In this document: piece after piece, positions 37,257 through 47,077 of the stretch
Layout of the letters: every line of letters starts with the position of its first letter
How positions within the stretch are numbered: the first letter of the stretch is position 1
DNA from: Takakia lepidozioides
Taxonomy: Eukaryota > Plantae > Bryophyta
Direction: 5' to 3'
Length of the DNA stretch: 64,000 nucleotides
NCBI GenBank assembly: GCA_030704615.1
Contig: CM060731.1
Location: forward strand, 29,264,001-29,328,000
Made by a program: the position numbers and the translations under genes
The notes under the pieces: model-generated
What the model was told of the DNA's origin: nothing
What the model saw: the letters and a program-made list of their open reading frames with translations, nothing else
Databases searched by the model: none

Positions 37257-37379
37257 TTCGGGAGCATTGTCTCTTCCATTCATTTGTAACATGGCAATTG
37301 TACGGGTTTAATAGACATTTGGTTCTGCACCATTTTTATAAGTGACATTCTACCCTCTGCGATGCAGTGGGGACATGTT
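37257..37379. repeat. ~123-bp inverted repeat, partner at 46168-46291
   Basis: ttcgggagcattgtctcttccattcatttgtaacatggcaattgtacgggtttaatagacatttgg... is the reverse complement of 46168-46291 with few mismatches. Confidence 0.92.
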
Positions 37380-38275
37380 TTCTGTTACCGAATCAGTTGC
37401 TGCATTGAGACTGAGACGAATTTGATATGAAATTCTAGTAGGCTAGTTAGGAACTGTCACAGACTATCCTCAGTACATCTCACAACTTTAACCCATTGTT
37501 GGGATTGCCATTCCTTTGAAGTTTCGCATTATCGCTTTGACTGCGAAATCGAATTATCGAGTTATTGCGGAATCGAATTATTGCTTGGACTGTGAAATCC
37601 TTCCCAAATCCAAACCTCATACTAAGCCCAAAAATAGTATCAATGTTAGAACTTGACTCCTTGGCACTCAGAACACAGAACATGCAAAGCCCACACACCT
37701 ATAAGAGTTTGACCAAGCAGTCTTTGATTTCGCTTTGCATTGCAGTGGAAACTGACACTTTTTTAACAACACCCGGAGCCAAAGCTACAACTGGAACATC
37801 TTAACTGCTGTAGTCGTTCTGTAAGATGAATGTTGAGATTGCATACACTTCAAGATGAAGCTTATCATGGCACTCCTTTTGATGAAGGGACACTTTGCTA
37901 TATAGAGTCCACTCCATTCTTCAGGCACAGCTTTAACCTTTCAGATAAGAGTGCATAAATGGAATCCACACAATCTGCGTGCAAATGAAGGGAAGACAAC
38001 TAGACAGACTGCATTGCTTGCATGATTGATTGAACAATCTGTTTAAGTACATTACAATTTCTCGCAGAAGAATCAGAAATGCTCACACTAGCCTGGTGAT
38101 CATGCAAGCCATATTCTGACTTGAAAAAACATTTCCCTGCAGAGCTCACTGTTCATACAAACTTGAGGGCAGTCATTTTTCATGAACACATTATTGAGAC
38201 AAATTTGTTTACATGATAAGATATAGGCCAGCAAAGATGTTTCAGGAAATAGACATAAAAAAGAATACAGAAAAC

Positions 38276-39086
38276 TTAAACTTCCTCCAGTTCATCAACG
38301 GCATAGTTGTTTGTAGAGATGCCAGCGTAGTTAACTTTATCAAATCTCACCACCACTGGGTACCTCACTCCTGGTGCCTGCACCACACAAGCCACCAGAA
38401 ATGAGTTTGACGGACAAACTGAGTCTCTGTCTTCTTCAACCATATCTCGATGTTTGATGTATATATGAGGTCACACGCAAGTGACCTGAGCTCAAAGAAC
38501 TGTTCCGATTGTTGCAACTCAGGGAACTTCGGGTGTCTTGATTACCAGTATTACACTCATCCATCGTGCAGCTTTTACTGCTTTCAAGCAGCCCGACACA
38601 GTTCTTCGAACTTTTGAGTTTGAATCTTGAATTTGGACGTATTTTCTCTCAAGGGGCCGGTAGTGTGTAGAGTTGATTCACCTTTGTACTGCATGTATTC
38701 AACTGATCAAGCACATACAGTGCTACAGTCTCAAACCTGACAACTCCATTTACCAGACAACCAAATGCAGGGAGAGAAGGTACAATGCTACTAACCTGAT
38801 CGACTGCAACGACCTTTCCGAAGTCGTTGAACCAGTACGACTCGGGCCTCTTAATCTTCACCGCTGCTCCTCTCTTAGGACCAACCACCGCCGGCTTCTC
38901 TGGGGCAGCCACAGGAGCAGCAGCCGCCTCCTCGGAGGCTCTTACTGAAAGACCAACGAACCGGCCCGCAGGTCTTGAAACAGGTTTACATTGCAGCTTG
39001 GTGGAGAAGATGCTGCTGCTCACACATCCAGCTATGGCGGTGGTGCCCGCCGCCACTCCCACCAAGCTCGAAGCTGCCGTTGCCAT
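38276..39086 (-). CDS. psaE: Photosystem I subunit IV with chloroplast transit peptide (exons 39086-38796, 38377-38276)
   Basis: Ala/Ser-rich transit peptide ending VRA, then [30 protein letters not shown]|[33 protein letters not shown]. Confidence 0.97.
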
Positions 39087-39505
39087 GATGCGTCAACACA
39101 ATGATCGTGCTTGTGGCTTCAGCGTCGCAACTACAATCTTCCTCTCTCTGCAATCGCTTTGCTGCGGCTATGGCGTTTGTTGTGAGAGACGACTGTGCCC
39201 GCACGGGCAGCCGCTAGGCTGCCCAGGAGAAACAAGTAAACCCACCCTTATCTGCGGGGCAGCCAGAGGAGCGCGCGGATTCGCTGCTCTGGATGTTTCT
39301 ATTGATGCCCGTTATCCAACCAGTGCGGTCCCCGACGGATGAGCGTGCAACCAAAGTTTATTCATCCATCCTCCGACCCCACCTAGGGAATTTCCTACCC
39401 CCTGTTCAAGGAGAGCAGGGCAGTGAGACAGTTGGCTGTTATCAGTTATTAGGGTAAGGCATTTCAGTGAAGGCGAGAGTGGGAAGGGGGAAGGATGATG
39501 CTCCC

Positions 39506-42082
39506 ATGCTTGGGAGGGGTGGATCGGCCTCTCTGAGGTGGATTCAAGCTCGCAGATGGCTGGGACGAATGCTTGTTGGAGATCAGACTGGTGGCTTGCG
39601 ATGCACCTCGACGATCATCGCAAGCGGGCGAGGAGATGGTGTCAACAAAAGTGTGACTGGGACTGGTGTGGATGTGATGACACTGTGCAACGAGGGAAGG
39701 GTGAAAGAGGCGGTGGGCATTCTGAATCGACCAGGCGTCCGTGCGGAATCCTATACGTATGTCTGTCTCTTGCAAGCTTGCATCAACATGAAAGCACTGG
39801 CAGAAGGAAAACAGGTGCATGCTTACATTGTGCGCAGTGAATTCAAGTCAAATATATTCGTAATTAACAACCTTGTGAACATGTATGCCAAGTGCGGGAG
39901 CATGGTGGATGCACGGAAATTGTTTGAGGAAATGCCTGTAAGAGATGTATTCACGTGGACTTCGATGATGACTGGATATGCCAAGCATGGAGATGCAGAG
40001 GAGGCTTTCAAAATGTACGAGCAAATGCATCGGGAAGGGGTGAAGCCCAACGGGGTCACCTTCATTTGTGTAGTCAATGCATGTGCCAGCCTAGGTTCCT
40101 TGGAAAAGGGCAAGCGGGTCCACGTTGACATCATTAAATCTGGAATTGCGCCATGCAATATTTTGGAGACTACCCTTGTTGACATGTATGCCAAATGCGG
40201 GAGTGTAAAGGATGCACGTCAAGTGTTCGACAGAATGTCCAAACGGGATGTGGTCTCATGGAATGCGATCATTGCAGGATATGCTCAGCATGGGCATGGT
40301 GAAGAGGCTCTGAGAATATATACAGAAATGCAAGGGGGAGGGGTGACGCCGGACAGAGTCACGTTCATTTGCGTTCTCAATGCGTGTGCCACCCTTGGAG
40401 CCATAGAAAAAGGCAAGCACGTCCATGCTGACATTATCAAAGCTGGATTTGCCTCATACTCTAATTTGCAAAATAGCCTTGTTGATATGTACTCCAAATG
40501 CGGACGCGTCGAGGATGCGAGGAAAGTGTTCGACAATATGGCCAAACGAGATGTGGTCTCATGGAGTGCAATGATCGCAGGATATGCCCAGCGTGGACAA
40601 GGTGAAGAGGCGCTCAAAATATACGACCAAATGCAACTGGAAAGGGTGACGCCCAACAGGGTCACATTCATTTGCATTCTCAATGCGTGTGCTAGCCTAG
40701 GAGCTCTAGACAAAAGCAAGCAGGTCCATGCTGACATTATTAAAGCTGGAGTTGCATCATATACAATTTTGGAGAACGCCCTTGTTGACGTGTATGCAAA
40801 ATGTGGGAGCATAAACGAAGCACGTCAAATGTTTGACAAAATGTCCAATCGAGATGTGGTCTCATGGAATGCGATGATAGCAGGATACACTCACAATGGG
40901 AATGGTGAAGAGGCTCTACTACTCTTTGAGAAAATGGGGGAGGAAGGCTTTATGCCTGACAGGGTCACATTTGTTTCTGTCCTGAATGTGTGTGCCAATC
41001 TCGGAGCACTGGAGAAGGGCAAGGAGGTCCATGCTGACATCATCAAAGCTGGCGTTGCATCATACATGAATTTGGAGACAGCCCTTGTTGACATGTATGC
41101 CAAATGTGGGAGTGTAGAGAATGCTCGTCAAGTGTTTGACAAAATGGCCAAGCGAGATGTGGTCTCATGGAGTGCGATGATTGCTGGATATTCTCAGCAT
41201 GGGAGCGTTAGGGAGGCCCTCCATCTATTTGAAGAAATGCAACAGGAAGGCTTCAAGCCGGATGGTATCACGTTCACTTCTGTTATTTCTGCATGCAGCC
41301 ATGTGGGCCTAGTCGATGAAGGTCGTCACTACTTTAGGGCCATGAAAGGATATCATGGCGTCACACCAACATTGGAGCATTTTTGCTGCATGGTAGACCT
41401 TCTTGGCCGTGCAGGACAAATGGACGAGGCAGAGGACTTCATTAACAAAATGCCCATGAGACCTGACATTTCAGTGTGGGGGGCCTTACTTGGTTCCTGC
41501 AGAGTTCATTGTGATGTGGAGGTAGCAGAACGTGCTGCAAAATCCATTCTGAAATGCAATCCACAACATCCTGGACCTTATATGCTCCTGTCCAACATCT
41601 ATGCTGCATCTGAAGGGTGGGATGATAAAGCAAAGGTCAGAAAATTGATTGAGGACAGAGGTGTCCTAAAGGAGCCAGGGTGCAGCTGAATTGAGATCAA
41701 TAACCATGTGCATACATTTATTGTAGAAGACAAATTACATCCACAAATTGCAGAGATCCATGCTGAGCTGGAGAGGTGGTCAGGTCAGATGAAGGAGGCC
41801 GGGTGTATGCCTGACACGCGCTTCATATTTCATGACGTGGAGGAGGAGCAAAAGGAGTTTACACTGTGTCACCACAGTGAGAAGTTGGCCATTGCTTTTG
41901 GGCTCATCAGCGTGCCTCCTGGAATGCATATCCGAGTCATCAACAACCTTCGGGTGTGCATGGACTGCCACAATGCCATCAAGTTTATCTCGAAGATTGT
42001 CGGGCGAGCAGTTGTTGTACGGGATGCCAACCGCTTTCACCACTTCCAAGATGGAATTTGTTCCTGTGGGGATTACTGGTGA
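39506..42082 (+). CDS. PLS-class PPR protein; E-type ORF ends at an in-frame TGA (41687-41689) and an intact DYW domain continues in the same frame to 42082
   Basis: Arg-rich N-terminal presequence, five L-S-P cycles, E1/E2, KEPGCS*IEINNHVHTF...HHSEKLAIAFGL...NLRVCMDCH...CSCGDYW. No other lesion seen. Confidence 0.9.
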
Positions 42083-42577
42083 ACAAATAATATGACCATA
42101 ATATGCTTGACCAGCATGTACGCTTGAAGGCAGAGGGTCCATACTAGTCCGTGGAGCAATTGTATGTGAGAGAACCAGTTAATGCCTGAGTTAGCTTTGG
42201 CAGGTAGTACCTCACTTTGGTGAGCTGCCTATGGTGGTGCCAGTGACAACTCAAATATGACTATCAAACAGCAGCAGTCTCACCTCTATGGGCTGTTTCT
42301 CTGCCTCAGGAACACTGTGAGACAAATTTGAAGCACACCAGAGAGTACAGATGCTGAAAGGATACTGAAGGAGAGCACTGCAGACGACAAGGCTGACAAA
42401 GTCAGCCCCAAATAGGGACTTAGAGCTTCACTGAGAATCTGGACTATGGCCTAGAAACTTCAACGGAGCTGTAATGTCTACTCCAAAAGTGGATCTATAT
42501 GGTGTTTCCATCTACCACGAGATTGTCCTCGACCTCGGGTCATGGCAGCTAGCTCTGCTTTAATCTAAGGAGGTTTT

Positions 42578-43630
42578 GTTTTCACGGACAGTCTTACATC
42601 GCTTTTTCTTATACGTAACCACCTATCCTGCCCCTCCTCACACCACCACCACCCAGATCGTAACCTTATTACAGCTATAGCGAGACTTGCCATAGACTTG
42701 GGCCAACCCATCCACTTTCTAAAAGTCCGCTCACATACCGGTATCGCTCAAGCTGGCGCTCTCGAGCCCCTCATTGATCCCATCAATGATCCTATTCACA
42801 TTGCGCAGACCCATCCATTTTGGTTGATACACCCCATTCCAAGCCCTCCAGATCCTAAACCTATATGTAACCTCCTCTCCATCCTCACTAAAGAGGTCAC
42901 TCAGCAAGTTAGGGCATCTATTAGTCACACCAAAATCCACATTCAAAAATGGATACTCTCCACATACTCCATCATAAACTATCCAACTATTTCTGGCACT
43001 CCAAAGCTACAACTGATGATTAAACATATGCTTAAGTTTCGCTATGCCCAATACATGGGCCATCGGCGCAAACACGTCTTCTGGCCACGCTTATATCCCT
43101 CACCAAACTGCCCTCTATGCTTGCACATCCACCAAGTCAGAGACACATGGCCGCATCTTCTGAGCCAATGTACCCACCCGGTCATCCATGGCCTACATAT
43201 TACCCGTCATAACCAGGCAGTCTGACACATCCACAAACTTCTTATGCAACGCTCCGAAACCCGCTAGTTCTCACTCATCAATGCAGGCACCTACCAGGGT
43301 AAACCTCCAGACCATATTGTCCTGCCATGGTTACTTCCATGCCTATCCCCACGCTCTCTCCTGCACCTGTCTGGCTTGGAAAAACGGCAAAAGTATGCAC
43401 CACTTATCTTTGATCCCCGTCGTAGGGGCTGGAATACCGGCCCCCTCTCTGTTATTACGGCCGACACTCGGGGAGGTATCCACAATGCTAGCGTAGCGGC
43501 ACTACACGATAACTTCCACATCCCAATATCCCATATCCATAAATGCTTTAAAGCAATTCACCTCACAGCCCTCAGATCTCTCACAGCTATCATTACAAAT
43601 AAGCGGATACTAGAGTCCAATCCCCCCTAG
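42578..43630 (+). mobile_element. 3' fragment of a non-LTR retrotransposon with RNase H, CCHC zinc knuckle and RLE-type C-terminus (Dualen/RandI-like)
   Basis: VFTDSLTSLFLIR...IHFLKVRSHTGI (RNase H); CPLC...DTWPHLLSQC...RHNQAV; EKRQKYAPL...GW...VITADTRGGIH (RLE tail). Stops and internal deletions. Confidence 0.7.
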
Positions 43631-43679
43631 CTTCCTAAATTCCCACAGATACCCCAAATACCCAGGGATACCCAGGGTA

Positions 43680-44459
43680 CCCTGATCCTCGTCACTCAAC
43701 TTGGCCGCTCGGAAGTACTCTTCTAGCTCCAGGAGCCAGGTATTGAGTGCTTTCCGATTTCGGACGCCTTCGAAGGTATCGGGTTCCTTAGGCTTCACCT
43801 TAAACTTCGCTTTAGTGGAAACTGTGGCGTGGGCCGCTTTCATCATGTCCTTCAGTGCCCCACCAAACTGCGTCAAAAGCCCTTCCCAAAAAGCTGCTAG
43901 CATTGGAGGCATCTGTTGGCTTGGCGGAGCCTTAGGAAAGTCATCGGGTTGCTACTCCTCATATTTCCTCCCGATCCTCAGCGGCCTCACTTTCAAAGGC
44001 GTAAATTGTCTTTTCCAGTTGCCGCTCCGGTGACGCGTCGCCCCCACCAGGCTCACCAAGATCATCGGCTTTCGGGACGTTTCGCTTTCGCTTGGTTTTG
44101 CCCGACCCCATGGCAAGGCCAATCTCAAGGACGATCGCGTACTGACCTCTAAGCTCTGATACCAAGTGTCGCGCACCTCACCTTGGTAACTCACCTCTTA
44201 AGTCATAGTTACTAGCTTTGATGCGCGCGCGTAACTCCCAAACTGGCCGCCGGGTCAACTTAGAGCTTCGGCTACTCACCGAGGCATAACGATCCCCCTT
44301 GGTACTCCACGAGACCCTTGACCTAATTGGGCCTAGTGGAAATTCTGTTTGGTTGTTGGCAGTCCGGAATAGCTCCCCACACCTTGGTCGCTCTCCGGCT
44401 CGCTTGCTTACTCACTAATTTTTGGTCACCGACGGGCTTGCACCATTCTCGGGGTTACA
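43680..44459 (-). mobile_element. Truncated Ty3/Gypsy LTR retrotransposon: 5' LTR (44459-44167), PBS (44164-44153) and gag N-terminus
   Basis: The LTR starts TGTAACCCC and ends GCGACA. PBS TGGTATCAGAGC (tRNA-iMet) follows after 2 nt. Gag-like KVKPKEPDTFEGVRNRKALNTWLLELEEYF. Confidence 0.88.
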
Positions 44460-44986
44460 ACTCCTTATATATACTTTTGTAGGTGTCCGCGGGGGTTCCG
44501 CAAACAGCCAAGTCCAAATCTGGTGAACCACCACCTAGACCCTGTGTCCCAACCCCCCGCCCTCAAGGAAAATGGCCGCAACATTGTGGGTATGATTGCA
44601 TACATGGTAGCCGTTTTTCGGGTCAAGGCAGCGGGGACGAGCGGTGTTTTGTCTTTAAGATCATATCCACTGTTGGTCCAGGTTCGGGAGTGTATTTGGT
44701 GGACCAAATGAATACGGGCGGAGAATTGGAGGGAAGCTGGATTATGTTTGACAACGTGAAGCGAATAAATGGTTGGAATACAATGGCATGCCATGTGTAC
44801 AAGCCCAACTACACCATAAGCTCATGACCATTACAATTTGCGATCAAGCTATACCACTAAGGGTTTCTCAATGCAAAATCCCCCGCTGGTTACGTTTGTG
44901 CCCATATCACCAAATATTTCTCAATGCGAAACTTGCCGCCGCCGCGTTGAATTGGCATATATGTACCGTATAAATGCACCAGTCCT

Positions 44987-45433
44987 CTATACCCGCACAA
45001 CATAAGCTTGATAAGCGAGACTAGTGAAACCATTAGGAACATAGACATAAACAACCGCGTTTCTATCATCTTGCATCTTCAACATTGAGAAATCCGAACC
45101 ATCAAACGTCACGCCATTGTTCCATATGACGTTGTTTGATCCATATGTAATTGTCAGGTATCCGTTTTGAGTGAGAGAAACATAGCAGTTGGAACCATGA
45201 CCAAAGGTCCCCGAGCTCCACAATGGTGCACCGCCTTCATATAACACAAAATTGCAGTCAGATTGTAGTATCAACTGATAGTCTGTGTTTTGGCTTTGCA
45301 GAGATTCTAATTCGTTCAATGTTTGCCCATTCAATATGGAGAAATCAGCTTTGACAGAAGCTACGATTGCAAACAATGTCAACATTGCTAACAAGATGGT
45401 TCCACATTTGCACATATTGAAACCACTAGTCAT
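44987..45433 (-). CDS. Secreted GNA-related (bulb-type) mannose-binding lectin, single domain, intronless
   Basis: Signal peptide ILLAMLTLFAIVASVKA. QSDCNFVLY and QDDRNAVVY match QxDxNxVxY; the middle site is degenerate (TQNGYLTI). LWSSGT present. (TA)n TATA-like tract at ~45516-45534. Confidence 0.88.
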   Translation of the reverse strand: MTSGFNMCKCGTILLAMLTLFAIVASVKADFSILNGQTLNELESLQSQNTDYQLILQSDCNFVLYEGGAPLWSSGTFGHGSNCYVSLTQNGYLTITYGSNNVIWNNGVTFDGSDFSMLKMQDDRNAVVYVYVPNGFTSLAYQAYVVRV

Positions 45434-45837
45434 CTTTGTTATCTCAATGCAATGTGTTGAGTGTGACAATGACAATACAACATGTATCTTGAGTTAACAT
45501 TAGAAATAGTTGTGGATATATATATATATATATAGTGTGAGAGGATGACGGTACAATCAAGGAGTCTATATTTATGGTTTTTCAGATATAATAGATTTAT
45601 TATACATACGAATATTTTGTTATATATTTTGTTTGGATTGTAATTTGGGTCGGTATTAGATTTGGCATCACATAGTTCTCTAGCAGACCAACACATTACA
45701 CTATGTACATGTATGTGTGGTTTACTGGAGAACCAAGCCTGAGCCTATTCTCGGCCCTAAACCGATCCTACATCCAAAGCCACATTAATATTGGTGCCGA
45801 AGCTACAAACTTCATTGAACCTGTAGGTCTGATAAAT

Positions 45838-46015
45838 AATAAATAAATACAAACTCCTTGAATCTAGCTACCCTCATCCTCTCGCATACACTCTTTATAT
45901 ATCCACTACTAATTCTAATGTTAATTCAATAAATACAAACTCCTTGATTGTAGTGTCATCCTCTCACATACACACACTCTCTATATATATCCACATTAAT
46001 TCTTCTGTTAACACT
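45838..46015. repeat. Diverged ~88-bp tandem duplication upstream of the lectin
   Basis: aataaatacaaactccttga...tcatcctctc(g/a)cataca...tatatatccac...taattct occurs twice. Confidence 0.8.
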
Positions 46016-46853
46016 CAACTCGCTTATATCCAGGCCACACATGGCATTTGCATTCCCTCGCCGCAGTTCCCATAACGCGGGCCCTTGCCGTGCAGTAGTA
46101 ACCTTATAGAAATGTTCCTACCTACTACATCCATCTGCACCTGAATTTTCAGAGACTTTCACTGTTGAACATGTCCCCACTGTATCCCAGAGGGTAGCAT
46201 GTCACTTATAACAAATGGTGCCGAACCAAATGTCTATTAAACCCGTACAATTGCCATGTTACAAATGAATGGAAGAGACAATGCTCCCGAAAGAAGGCTC
46301 TTCACACCTCCTTCCTGGGTCTCATCTGCTATGGCACACACCAGTCCTGGGTGATCTACATGACTACTAATGGTTTTGCACTGCTAAAAACTTTCAGAAG
46401 TGCATGATAAATATCTGAAACTCCTACAATAAGGCAATACCAATTTAATGGGTACGTACAGATTTTAACCTGGATGAACTAATTGCAGGTATTTTGGCAG
46501 GGACAATACACACTGCACTTTGGTGGGGTGCTTACAGTGTGATCTTTGTCACGGGGAACCTGTTTGACGATGGCAGTTAGCAAGGTAGACGACCCGTGCT
46601 ATCTCTCTATGCCCTGCTGCAAATACTGAATTAAATCATAGCCAGAAGTACTCCACTTGTTGTATGCATCTGCACACGTCATAAAGTTGGCTGCATCATG
46701 TTCACTCATTTCAGGGTGAAAGCGCTTGCGCAAATTGCCAATAGGGTCACCTCGGCTAAAACAAGGGATCCGCTGTCAACCATGAGAAGTACCGTGTTTA
46801 CAATTCCCTCCATATGATGCCTTGCTGCCAAGTAGCCCTTCACGGACAAACTG

Positions 46854-47077
46854 CCACCATGCATAAGATCAATCTCCATATCACAAATGCGCTGAACTTC
46901 AAAGCTGCAGTATTGATTGTTAAATTGATCTTTGGAGGTCTTGCCTAGTTGTGCACATCCACGTACCACCATGCATAAGATCAATCTCCATATCACAAAT
47001 GCGCTGAACTCAAAAGCTGCAGTATTGATTGTTAAATTGATCTTTGGAGGTCTTGCCTAGTTGTGCACATCCATGTA
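46854..47077. repeat. 111-bp tandem duplication in the last PI4K intron
   Basis: ccaccatgcataagatcaatctccatatcacaaatgcgctgaac...ttgtgcacatcca at 46854 and 46965. Confidence 0.93.

Noticed and set aside
39823-41103. Repeated antisense ORFs (MLPHLAYM...) opposite the PPR genes
   Set aside because: Shadow ORFs produced by the repetitive PPR codon pattern.
13787-42082. U-to-C (DYW:KP-type) editing factors
   Set aside because: Copy 1 and the gene at 39506 have PG boxes and all three end in DYW, the ordinary C-to-U type; no GRP or DRH termini.
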